In this document: positions 38,658 to 51,974 of the stretch, piece by piece
Layout of the letters: each line of letters starts with the position of its first letter
How positions within the stretch are numbered: position 1 is the first letter of the stretch
Source: Octopus sinensis
Taxonomy: Eukaryota
DNA length: 64,000 nucleotides
NCBI RefSeq assembly: GCF_006345805.1
Contig: NC_043001.1
Span: 82,150,001 to 82,214,000, forward strand
Direction: 5' to 3'
The notes under the pieces: generated by a model
The model's input: only the letters and a program-made list of their open reading frames with translations
What the model was told of the DNA's origin: nothing
The model's database searches: none
Made by a program: the position numbers and the translations under genes

Positions 38658-40204
38658 TTCTAGTGTTCACTATAATTTGATGCGTTACTGTAGACTAATA
38701 AAACAAAATACCATAACAGGATCATGTCATTATAGATAGAGTGCTTAATATTATGTGTTCCAAAGAGTGCTTAATATTACGTGTTCCAAGTACAGAGAGA
38801 TTCCACTTAGCACTTACTATTAATAAGATTATAATTCATAGTACTATTAAACTCATCGTTCGAGATAAACCATTTTTTAACATTATTTTACTCTGATGAC
38901 GATCTGATATCAAAGACATCGAAATGTAAAGTCGATGTAAATATTAATAAATGTTTCATCTCGAAATATGAAGTTAATAGACTGAAAAATTATAATCATA
39001 TTAATAATAATGACTGATCTTAGATATTAGACTGTTATCTAGGGTTAGGCTTCTGAGATATCGATTTCTCACATAGATGCAAAGTGACAAATTTATAGAA
39101 AATTAATATTGTCAACATTAGATCATGACCGTTCCTTGGTTTGACGATTAGAGGGGCGTTGAATACAAAAAGATTAGAGAAGATTTTAATACAAAACGTT
39201 AATGATCGAAAAAATGTTTGAGTGGTACTAGCTGGGTAAAGGATTTATTAGGCAGCATACGGGAAAAAAGGTTAGTGTTCAGTCAGTCCCACGGCGTGAT
39301 GCCTTGAGCAAGTGTCTTCTACTACCGCTCCGGGCCTTGTGAGTAGATTTTGGTTGACGGAAATTAAAAGAAACCAGCTGTGTGTGTGTGTGTGTGTGGC
39401 ACTGACACCCCCGGTGATGGGTTGTTGATGTTCTGGTAACTTAGCGGTTCGGCCAAGTTACCGATAAAATGATTACCAGACTTTTCAACAAGAAGTATAC
39501 AGTCGGTCCGCTCGACTAAACACTTCAAGGTGGTGTCCCAGAATAGCCGTAGTCCAATGGCTGAAACAAGAGAACTAAATATCTTCTTTCCATTAGTTAT
39601 GTGATCTTGTATTTTATGGCTGTATGCTATAGTATTACGTTAATATTTTTAATTGGGGCAATAAGGGTGTGTATGTAGTGAATTGTTTTCAACCAGATTT
39701 GAAATAAGAGGCATTGTAGTTGCACATATTGATCTTATATACACAATTATTCAAATGTACCAGGAAAAAAGAATGACTAGTGTTATAGCAATATCGCCAT
39801 GTTGTTACATCACAGAACTTGGATATATATAACGATGTCGCCATTTTGTGAAGTTACCAAAAGTAGGTGTCTGTGTATTGTCTACATTATATTATAATAT
39901 ATCCAGAAAGTCGGAGGAACAAATATATAAAACCCCAATGTTGCTAATGATCTAATATACTACGTTCATGACATTACTATGAAAATCAGCTTAAACAGGG
40001 TTAAATGACAAAAAAGGCAGGAGTATACGAAAGAAAATCCTTGCCTTTATAAAAACAATAAAAAAGAGATTAATAGTGTAACATGATTTATTTACGAGCA
40101 TACATATAAAGATTAGTTACTCAGTAATATAAAGAGTATTCAGTTATACTGTTGAGTGAATGCAACAAGAATATCACTGGTAGGAATGTTATAGACACTG
40201 GAGT

Positions 40205-40585
40205 TCGTATTACAACGAATTCGCCATTACAACACCACTCCATTTACTAGAACTAACAGCTAACTCTGCCTCAAATCATACCCTGGTATTTTATCGGCAT
40301 CACTGTTAGCACTACGAGTTCACCTTTTGCAATGTCGTTCCATATGATAGAACTAACAGCCAAACCTTCCTCAAATCACATCCTGGCATTTTATTAACAT
40401 TGCTGTGAGCATTCCACCGAGGTCACCTCTTGCAATGCCGTTCCATATGCTAGAACTATCAGCGAAATTTTCATCAAATCGCATCCAGGTATTTTAACAA
40501 AACTGCTGTTAACACACCAAAGAGGTCGCCTCTACATTGTCCTGCCATTTATTCGAACTAAAGACCAGATCTCTCCCAAATCATG
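40205..40585 (+). repeat. Degenerate ~100-103-bp tandem repeat, ~3.5 units
   Basis: TAGAACTAACAGC...TCAAATC...CTGG.ATTTTA anchors at 40248, 40348, 40451 and 40553. Confidence 0.8.
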
Positions 40586-40939
40586 TGGCTATTAAGGAGG
40601 CATTTCTATGTTGTGTATTTTTGGAAAAATTTGGCAATGATACTACTGAATCACTTCACTAACCATTTTACTATTTACATTTGGAATAGAGAAGAAAGAG
40701 AGAGAGAGAGAAAACAAGAATCGCGGAAACAGAAGCCAACCTTTAAACAAGGAAAGAATGCAATGTGAGGCCCCTTGGTCAGGACATGTTTTCTAGGGTT
40801 GCTTTAGCTACTGATGTTTTCGTCACAGACTTAATGAAAGGCATGGGCTCTTTTGACAATAATGTCAGTCCATGAGGATCGTAATAGGGATGCCGTTGGT
40901 CATAGCTCTTGTCAATCCGTGTTTACCTGGGTGTTTAAC

Positions 40940-41061
40940 AACAAAAGCAAGAATGGGATATGAAGTCACGCCGCTTAAATATCAACTACATATAGTGGAA
41001 CAAAAGCAAGAATGGGATATGAAGTCACGACGCTTAAATATCAACTACATATAGTGGAACA
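40940..41061 (+). repeat. 59-bp tandem duplication (one mismatch)
   Basis: AACAAAAGCAAGAATGGGATATGAAGTCACG(C/A)CGCTTAAATATCAACTACATATAGTGG twice, then AACA. Confidence 0.95.
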
Positions 41062-41350
41062 TTGGTTTACGAATTTAATTCGTTCCTGAAGGCTGTTCGT
41101 TACCCGAATTGTTCCTAAAAGTAAACTACTTTTCCCACGGGAAATTTACGAGGAGGCACAGCGAATTCGTGCAAGGATGTGCCCTGAGTGAAGACTAGAC
41201 AGCAACTAACGCTCTCTCTTTGATACTCTCAGCCTTTCGCCTACTCTTGAAGCCGGTTTGCGTGTTCGTTACGCGAGACGTCTTTTCGAAAAATTGTCCA
41301 TAAACCGGTTTGCTCGTGATGAGAGGCGTTCGTTAACCGAGTTTCAACTG
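41052..41350. mobile_element. Tigger/pogo-type MITE
   Basis: TA-flanked TIRs (T)AGTGGAACATTGGTTTACGAA / TTCGTTAACCGAGTTTCAACTG. Confidence 0.8.
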
Positions 41351-41559
41351 TATAAGTAAATCATAACAAGCAAGATATTCATCACTTACATATTCTCTAT
41401 TACAGATACAGAAATACGGAGAATATCTCTGGATTACCACATTTGACGCTCTAGAAAGTAATTGGTTATATATTTTACAAAAGTTTTGACATTTGTTTAT
41501 TACTAAACACACGCACACACACACACACACACACACCACATATATATATATATATATAT

Positions 41560-41605
<46 letters not shown>

Positions 41606-41944
41606 GTACACGTACACAAAAAGTGTTTTATATTAAAGCTGCCATTTTAAACTGGATGGTTTTCATGTTGTTTATGAACTCTGCTTTGAACTAACGTTAG
41701 CAAAACGTCCACAAACAGGTAGGTAAAGAAAGAAGAAATTGCACAGGGGTGGGAAACGAATGGCAAAAAGCAAAAAAAAAAAAGAAAAGGAAAAACGAAA
41801 AAGAAAAAACAGTGAATACGATGCATACTTCACAATGGCAACTGTAGCAAACATGACAATGCTAACAATAACAACTGCAACGATTGTAAAGAGGATGTAG
41901 ATAAAAAGCATAACAGCAACAATAACAACAAACATGTTGTAGTA

Positions 41945-43145
<1,201 letters not shown>

Positions 43146-43559
43146 TTGTAAGCGTGTAGTTTTTGCTTTTCTAGCAAAGCACATGTTTACAAAAATGAGA
43201 AACAAAACAAGCGAATACCAACTGTTTAGGTTTGAAACGGGTGACTAATAGGGATAAGGCGTGTGTACGTACGTATAGGTGGACAGTCGTGGGTGGATGA
43301 GGTGCAAATCAACATGATTGGAAGAGGCTTTTATGAAGGGTGGACGTGGCAGGGGAAGCGAATATGAGATGAAAAATATATACGGGTCGATAATACTAAT
43401 GTGATGTATGCATATATATTTTTTAATCTGTGCATTTAAAAGACCTCTCTTGTAATCTTTAATTCACTTTAGCTTTGTATAGTTATGTATTATTTGTTTT
43501 TTCTTATACAAAGCTGTTGCTGGAATATTTAGAAGTTTTTTGATATTTAAACTTGAACG

Positions 43560-46500
43560 GTATTTCCTCCGGTTTTACGTTCTGAGTTCAAATTCCGCTG
43601 ACGACATGGCCCTTAATCATTTTATAATCGATGAAGTGCCTGCTGAGTCTATATAATCGACTTTTGGTCAATTGAATCGATTTACCCCATCCATGAAGAA
43701 AATGGGCCTTGTGCCTATAATGTAAAGGATTGTTATTATTATTAAGGTAGAAGACATTTCTTTATTACCCACAAGGAGCTAGACATAGAGGGAACAAACA
43801 AGGACAGACAAAGAGATTAAGTCGATTAGATCGACGCCAGTGCATAACTGGTACTTAATTTATCGACCCCGAAAGGATGAAAGGCAAAGTCGACCTCGGC
43901 GGAATTTGAACTCAGAACGTAGCGGTAGACGAAATACGGCTACGCATTTCGCCCGGCTTGCTAACGATTCTCCCAGCTCGCAGCCTTAATTAAGCTAGTA
44001 GAATCGTTTGCATGCTGGGCAAAATCCTTAGCAGCATTTCGTCTGTCTTTTTGTTCTGAGTTCAAATTCCCCTAGGGTTAACTTTTTCTTTCATTGTTAC
44101 GGGATCGATAAAATAAGTGTTGAACACTGGGTTGGATGTAATCAACTTATCCCTCCCCTTAAATTGCTGGCCTTGTGCCAAAACCTGAAACCATTATTAT
44201 TAAAGTAGTGAACTGGCAGAATATTTACCATGACGGGCAAAATGCTTAGCGGCATTTCTTCAGGTTTTACGTTCTGGGTTCAAATTCCACCGAGGTTGTC
44301 TTTGTCTTTCATCGTTAAATTAAGTACCAGTTGAGTGCTAGTCCCCCTCCCCCAAAATTTCGGGCCTTGTGTCTATTAGTAGAAAAATAGCTTAATCTTG
44401 ACTCACTTCGTTCTGGTTTCAAATCTCATCAGTCACTTTTATACTTTCATGTACCGCCCTAATAAAATATCAATAATGTGACTAGATAGATTCAATCGAA
44501 TACACATGGACACGCATACACATACATACACAAACATATATACAGATATATCGCCCCATAAAAAAATTAGTCCAATCATTTTTATCTTCCTCGTCATTAT
44601 TTCCTGAGTAAAAAGGCGGTGAGCTGGTAAAGTCGTTAGAACATTGAAAAGAAAAAAATTGCTTAGCAACATTTCTTCCTGCTCTTTACGTTTTCAATTC
44701 AAATGCTGCCGAGCTTGACTTTGCCTTTCATATTTTCAGGGTCGATAACATGAAGTAGCATTCAAGTACTAAGGTCGATGTAATCGACTTTACTTCTCCT
44801 AAATTTGCGTGCCTTCAACGAAAATTAGAAAGAAGTATTTCTTCAGAAGAAAGCTGTAAGTTGGCAGAATCGTTATGGTGTCGGTAAAAATGCTTTACGG
44901 TACTAGTTATGACTCTTAACATTTCATGTTCAATTACTTGAGAGCTCTACATTGCTTTTCATCTTTTGGGGGCTATAAAATAAGCAGCAGTCAAGTACCA
45001 GTATTTGATGTTATGTATTTGCTCCCTCCTCTAAACTGCTCACCATGTGATAAAATTAGTAAGAATTATTTCTTCTACAAGAAAGTGGCGAGTCGGCCAC
45101 TTCGGAAAAAATGCTTAGCGGTACTTCTCGTAACTTTTTACATTCTGATCCTATCGAATACAAATTTGCCTTTCATCCTTTTTGGGATTGATAAAATAAG
45201 GTACGATTCGATTACTGAGGACGATGATGCAGGCTCACACCTCCCACTAAAAACAATTGTTCTTGAGCCTAAATGAGAATTTTTAATTATTCAACTAGGA
45301 AGGTTTCGGGTGTTTCTTTATTTGTAGAATCGGTAGAGTAGCTTGCCGAATGCATATATAGTATCTAATTATATCCCTTTATGTTCTCAGTTCAGATCCC
45401 GTTTTTAACACTTTGCTACAATCAATAAAATAAACAGCTGTACTGCGATCTATTAAATCAACTGTGCTAACTTATAAATATTTGAAAACTTATAATTGTT
45501 AGTGATCAAAATGGTGTGGAAAATGCGTTACCGTATTAGCTACCATTATTTTCTGTTCTAGAGTTGAATTCCACTAATCTCAACTTTGCCCTTCATTCTT
45601 TCGAGGTCGATAAAATAAGTATCAGTTTTAAGCACTGGAGTTGATTTCAGTGACTCAACCCTATCGCCAAAAGTTGCTGGTCTTGTGCCAAAATTTGAAA
45701 GCATAATGAAGTCCGCAGGCTGGCAGAATTGATAATGCATCGGGAAAAATGCTTAGTAGCATTTCTTCACGCTTCCTGACTTCGAATCCTGCCGAGATCG
45801 ACCACGTCTTTCATACTTTCAGGGTTAATAAAATAAGTACCAGATAAGAAATAGGGTCGATGTAATCGACTTAACCCCTTCCCTAAAATTACCGGCCTTA
45901 TACCAAAATTTAAAACCAATATTTCCTGTTTTGAGTTCCATTTACTTAATATCCTTCTGTAGATCCATGAAATAAACAGCGTTACTAAATTCAATTACAT
46001 TCTCTTTTTATTTTTTCATCTGTTGACCCTTATCGTTCCTAATACAATGATAGTAAAGCGGCGAGCTGGTAGAAGTGTTACTGCCCCCAATAAAATGCTT
46101 GGCTGTATTTCTTCCGATTCTTTGCGCTCTGAGCTCAAATCCCGCCAAGATCGATATCGTCTCTCATCCTTTCAGTGGTCGACAAAATAAATACCAATCA
46201 AGTACTGAGGTCGATGTAAATGATTATCTCCATTTTCGAAATTTAGGGCCTTGAGTCTATACTTCAAAGAATTATTATTAAATTCTTTCGGAATCGATAG
46301 CATAAGTATTAGTTGAGTACTGGTATTGATGTAATCGACTAGCCCACTTCCCCTAAAATTTCAGACCTGGAAAAATTTTTTTAAAATAAATCCGCTAATC
46401 AGAAGTTTCTATACATTTTTACGTCTTAAAAGTTATAATGCATATGCAGTGAATGAGCTCAAATTCCGATGCGGTCAGCTCCAAGTTTTATCCTTCTAAG

Positions 46501-46590
46501 ATGAATAAAGTAAATTCCAGTCAAACTAATCGATCACACCTTTCAATCAAGATTCTGGCCTGGTGCCTAAGGCAGAGATCGTTCGCTATA
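43560..46590 (+). repeat. Tandem array of ~12 degenerate SINE-C units with one young inverted copy (43757-43985, -)
   Basis: Head (GAGCTGGCAGAA...AATGCTTAG), B-box and GTCGATAAAATAAGTACC remnants recur at ~200-220-bp spacing with ATT-rich joints. Confidence 0.85.
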
Positions 46591-47947
46591 AGAACCATCA
46601 GTGACTCACTCAAAGTTTCACCTCTGAAAATTGTTGCGATATATTTAGAAACTATTCTGTATTATACTTCCTGTGCGGCTTTTGCTATTGGAATATTTGC
46701 TGCTACTTTGGTCATTATGCTTGACCGACAGAGCGAAGTCTAATGACAGGAGGAGGCGAATTGAATAGCTGGCAATTAGATGATTCTCTTCTGAACATTT
46801 ATAGACAGGTATGAAATATAATTAAGGCTTTTTCATATATTCAATCAGCTGCTATCTAGAACTTTCCGCTTTCTGTTTTGGACATTGTTACTTTGTTCCT
46901 TGCGGTGGATTACTTCCAGGATGTTGTTCTTTCAAATATTTTCTTTATATCTTCATCATGTAATTGGTCCTCTACAAAACCAAGCATTTATTTTAGCGTT
47001 TGACGTTAACAAAGAACGATTCTTCTCTTCTTATACATTGCCGTGTAGAATCAGTGAAAAATTGAAATTAAGGAATAAACGGAATAGATTCAAAGAGAAC
47101 TGTTGGCTGGCTGGCTTGTTGGCAGTGTGGTAAGCTTTGACTCTTTGATTATCCAGATATTTATGAAGATTTGGTATGTGTTCTTCCTTACAGCTAAGTG
47201 AACTGTAAAGTATGCAAGGGTTACGTGCAACGGAAAGAAAATACAATGAAGCCCCTGTGGGAGTTTTTGAACGCAAATCACATCAGTTCGTCTACCTTTA
47301 CTTCCTTATCTATTTAGTCATTTTAGAGACTAAACAAACAACAACAAAAAAATCTAAATAAAAACATGAAATCGATTTGTCGTTCATTCAGGATTTTTAA
47401 TTCTGAAAAGACGCTTTTCAAAGTTTCTTGAAATAAACGATTATTTACACAGAAATACATACACAGATGTACATTCGCATATATGTACACACATCTTTCT
47501 CTTTCTCTCATAATATTAGAGACAGAGAGTACAACACACATGTGTACTGTGTGTATGTACATACCTGTCAATACTATGTATGCCATAATGTCTGCAAATC
47601 TAACAGAGGCCCCAAAAGACATTTTAAGATATACAAAGATCAGAACTTAACTGCAGCTCTGTGGTCCAATGTAGATATGGAATTTATGTGGGTGTCTTTT
47701 CAAAACATTATCTCGTTTAAAAATCTGATGCCTTGATAGATCTAAGGTGTAAGTACAAGAGGTGACCAGACTCTGCATAAGGAGTCGAGAACCACCATGT
47801 ATGTATGTATGTATGTATGTATGTATGTATGTATGTATGTATGTATGTATGTATGTGTGCATGTATGTGTGTGTATGTATGTATGTGTGTGTGTATGTAT
47901 GTATGTATGTATATATGTGTGCATGTATGTGTGTGTGTATGTGTCTG

Positions 47948-47982
<35 letters not shown>

Positions 47983-48289
47983 TTATATGTGTGTGCATTT
48001 ATGGTGAAGTACAAAACACAAAAACAAAGTCACATGAGTTCACAATCTATAATATTAGTTTGACGTTCAAGTAAAAGGAAATTGCTGTAACGTTTCGGAC
48101 AATGGACCTTCTTCGGAGAGTGAAAAAGGGAAAGGAAAGAAAAGGAACTGCAAAAAGAAAGAAGAAAAAAGAAACAGGAGAAAAATACACGTATCGCAGA
48201 TAAAAAAGAGTGTAATATGTAACATTTCAAAATGTTCTGAAAACGTTATTAAACATAAATGAAGAATCTCCTGGCAATTTGGTGCCGGT

Positions 48290-48610
48290 TACCATGAATA
48301 GAACTCTTGAAGTTTCTGTCTTTCTTGAAGACAATGAATCTGTAAGGTCAAGGCCACTATATTTAATGAAGTACCTGGTGCAGTTTCAATTCCAGCTGAA
48401 TCATGTCTTTGATGGTGGAGAATCCACTGTGTCATTTTCCTTGATGTGGTCAGTAGACCCTATTTCTTAAGAACTCTAGAATCAATCACCCATTTGTTTA
48501 AGATCAACGGTGACAAACGGTCTTGTCATTGAAGGATTTTATCTCTTGTCTGTTGACAAAATTTCAGCAAGAATATTCTTGAGTCGCCTCGTTCACAATC
48601 TTGCCACAAA
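48290..48610 (+). pseudogene. Decayed RTE-type RT fragment
   Basis: VPGAVSIPAE...VFDGG (cf. APGADGIPAEVFKYGG) and KISARIFLSRL (cf. KILARILLNRL). Confidence 0.5.
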
Positions 48611-48657
48611 CAGTACAAAAGATAAAAAAATAAGCCCGCGAAAAGAAAAGCCTACTC

Positions 48658-48816
48658 TTTCAATGTTATAGTTGTTGTTGTTATTATTATTATTATTATT
48701 ATTACTATTATCATTAAGGTTACTGCCTGGAATCGAACTAAGAATCTTGGGGTTAGTAGCTCGCGCTCTTAGCCACTACGCCATATGCCTGTAGGCATAT
48801 GGCGTAGTGGTTAATA

Positions 48817-48884
<68 letters not shown>

Positions 48885-49088
48885 ATGATGATGATGATGA
48901 TGATGATAACAACATTGAAAACTACCTTAGGAATGAGAACCCAGGTTCGAAATTTCCCCAAGACACCTGATGAAGGCTGGGGGGTATATCAGCCGAAACG
49001 TTGTGTAAACAACAAACAAGATGAGGACAAATGTACGTCAAATGTAAATAATGTACATAATTCCTCATCTCTTAAATATAGAACTGTA
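48658..49088 (+). mobile_element. tRNA-headed, hammerhead-containing short element with an inverted 5' duplication
   Basis: Inverted head 48717-48790 (A box TGGCGTAGTGG, B box GTTCGATTC); forward head start 48793-48814; (GAT)n spacer; tail 48907-49088 with hammerhead. Same parts as 52524-54250. Confidence 0.85.
48963..49006 (+). ncRNA. Minimal type I hammerhead ribozyme motif (PLE-type)
   Basis: Stem I ACAC/GTGT; core CTGATGA plus one extra A; stem II GGCTG/CAGCC; GAAA; palindromic ACGT in place of helix III; predicted cut after 49002 (GUU). Activity untested. Confidence 0.8.
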
Positions 49089-49169
49089 TTGTTTGCTCAT
49101 GTTTTGGTTGTCGTCTACTGCAGCTAGCAACATACTAAAAGCGTTTGCAGCTGTGTGAGCCAGTGAGGA

Positions 49170-49505
49170 AAAATCCGAATGAGCTGAACGTGATTGAAAA
49201 TTTCAGGCCCATAACTCTGCTCAACACTAAACTATGCGATCCCATGCAGGTCTATCGACAACCTCCAACTCATGCGATACATCGTAGAACGAGCAGGGAA
49301 TAAATTTGTATTTGCAGGGAAACTGATGAATTTGGATCAGTCCAAGGCATTTGACAGGATAAACCATCGCTACATGGTGACCGTCTTAAGAGCTGTCGGT
49401 TTCAATCACTCTTTAAAGGCACAATGTAAAGCGGCATCTGTTCGGTGGTCAAATTAAAAGGTCACCTCTCGGTCCAATGTGGATGTCTCTTCTACTCGCT
49501 TATTA
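49170..49505 (+). pseudogene. Tx1/L1-type RT remnant with internal deletions
   Basis: ENFRPITLLN, NLQLMRYIVE, MNLDQSKAFDRINHRYM..VL.AVGF. Confidence 0.8.
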
Positions 49506-49544
49506 AATTTTCTTTTTCATTGGAATCTTTGTAATCGACTAGAC

Positions 49545-50035
49545 ATCTCTGCCAGAAATTGAGGCCCTATATTAGGAAGGATTATTGAGATAGTGGCCAA
49601 GCAGAATCTTTACCGCACCGGTCAAAATGCTTAGCAGCGTTTCTTCTGGCACTTTACTATCTGAGTTCGAATGCAACCGAGGTCAACTTTGTCTTTCATC
49701 CTTTTAGGGACGATAAAATAAGTGCCAGTTGACCACCTGAGTCGATGTAGTCGACTATCTCCTTCCCACCAAATTTCCGGCCTTGTGCATATAGTAAAAA
49801 GGATTATTATTGAATGCAGAAAGCTGGCAGAATTGTAAGCACGCCGGGGGAAATGCTTAGCGGCTTCTCGTCCATATTTACGTTCTGAGTTCAAATTCTG
49901 CAGAGGTCGACTCTGCCTTTCCTCCTTTCAGGATTGATGAAATAAGTACCAATTACGCACTGGAGTCGATGCAATCTTCTATCCCCTGCCTCCCAAATTT
50001 CAGGCATTGTGCCTATAGTAGAAAGGATTATTATT
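49545..50035 (+). mobile_element. Tandem SINE-C units
   Basis: Two full units and one tail fragment with the family C core. Confidence 0.85.
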
Positions 50036-50054
50036 ATTATTATTATTATGACTC

Positions 50055-50104
<50 letters not shown>

Positions 50105-50150
50105 GTTATTATTATTATTATCATCATCATCATCATCATCATCATTATTA

Positions 50151-51272
50151 TAGACGTCGCACAGTATACAATATATTGAGGTTGTTGATTGAAGTTATTG
50201 TGTCTACCAGAGGTTTGTGCTGTACAGTTCCAAGTAATGCCGACTTTTGCAATACATCTAGATTGTAGAGTATTTCTTAGGTTTTCAGATGTTTTTTTTT
50301 CAGATTGGATGGTATTGAACCGAATACTCCGATGGCAATAGGGATAACCTTTATGTTCGACTCTCGTAGCTGCCACATCTTAGTGATCTCAATTCTTAGG
50401 TCTCCATATTTATCAACTTTTTTCTCTTTCTTTCATAATGATGTGTTGATCTCCTAGCAATGCTACGTCGATTATTAGGCACTCTTGTTTGTCCCTCCTA
50501 AAGGTTACTATATCCGGCCTTCGGTGCTCTAACACTTTGTCTGACTGGAAATCAAAGTCCCAGAGGATTTTTGCCCTCCCCCTTTCGTCCATTACCTTTT
50601 CCGGTGTATGTTGGCACCAAACACTCATAACTTCATATCCATACTTACGGCATAGTAACCAGTGGAGGTTTTGGGCTATTTTGTCCTGTCTACGCATGTA
50701 CTTTTTCTGCGCAAGACTTTTACAAGCACTAACAATGTGAGTCACACTTTCGACCCTCTTCTCAAACATTCTGCAGAGGTCCGATGCACATGTGTGGTAT
50801 ATATTCATTTTTACTGAGTTGGTATTCAATGCCTGGTCCTGGGCCGCGATGATTAGACTTTCAGTATTCTTATTTAGGTCACCCTTGTTGAACCACCTCC
50901 ATGATGCTTCCCGGTCTTTTAATTTGTTCGTTTCACGGTGGAACTGACCATGTAATTCCAAACAGAGTAGGGTTTCTTCTCTCAAGTCAATCTTTGTTAA
51001 CTCCCTCTGCACTAGCAGCATACTGTAGCAGATCTTCTTTGCTGTTTACCAAATATTCTGCCATGTTTCTTCTTTCACTGTTGATGTATTCCCGCACGCT
51101 AACCAGCCCACGTCCACCCGTACCTCTCTTCATGTAGAGCCTGTGTACATTTGCCTTAGGGTGGAGGGAACCCTGCATTGTCATTGTCTTTCGGATAGTG
51201 CGATCGAGTTGGTCAATCTCCGCTTGCACCCATCCTGAGATGGGTGCACTATAACGGACAACAGCAACAGCC

Positions 51273-51275
<3 letters not shown>
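50151..51275 (-). mobile_element. 5'-truncated R4/Dong-clade LINE (second lineage)
   Basis: WAV..VRYSA, LYMKRGTGGRGL, LHGQF, IIAAQDQALNT, HIVSACK.LA..KY.RR.DK, ILWDF...DKVLEHRRPDI...IIDVA. (TAA)n on both sides. Confidence 0.9.
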
Positions 51276-51341
<66 letters not shown>

Positions 51342-51380
51342 CATTATTACTATTACTATTATTATCATTATTACTATTAC

Positions 51381-51447
<67 letters not shown>

Positions 51448-51836
51448 GCTATTAATACTGTTAGTCTCTCGTATTTTACTTAAGCGGTTTCTGTTGACAA
51501 AAATGAATGAAAAGTTTGCGTATGTTTGTGGTTGTGTGCGAGTGTTTATGTGCGTTGGGAAATGAAAGAATCAAAGATTCTGTTGGACTTGAACAGAGAT
51601 AAATGTATGGCTTTCTTTTCTCGCTTCATCTAACATCTGTTGGCTGCGACATTCAAAGCAGAAGATTAATGTTTAATTTTAGGAAGAAACCATATAACAT
51701 CAAGTCAGGTTTTATTTCGAAACCCAGTATTGATTAAAATATATACTGCGGCTGTAACCGTACAGCGGATATACATACGTAGTACGTATGCAAGCGTATA
51801 TTTATTCACAAATACAAGCGCTCATGTATACGTAAG

Positions 51837-51887
<51 letters not shown>

Positions 51888-51888
51888 C

Positions 51889-51919
<31 letters not shown>

Positions 51920-51927
51920 ATATATAT

Positions 51928-51974
<47 letters not shown>

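Noticed and set aside
41700-41730. 18-nt microexon (TTAG|CAAAACGTCCACAAACAG|GTAGGT)
   Set aside because: No polypyrimidine tract, branch-like CTAAC too close to the AG, no neighbouring exons to join.
43560-46590. Regularly spaced repeats resembling a CRISPR array
   Set aside because: Units are ~200-bp degenerate SINEs with Pol III boxes, not short identical repeats with unique spacers; eukaryotic context, no cas genes.
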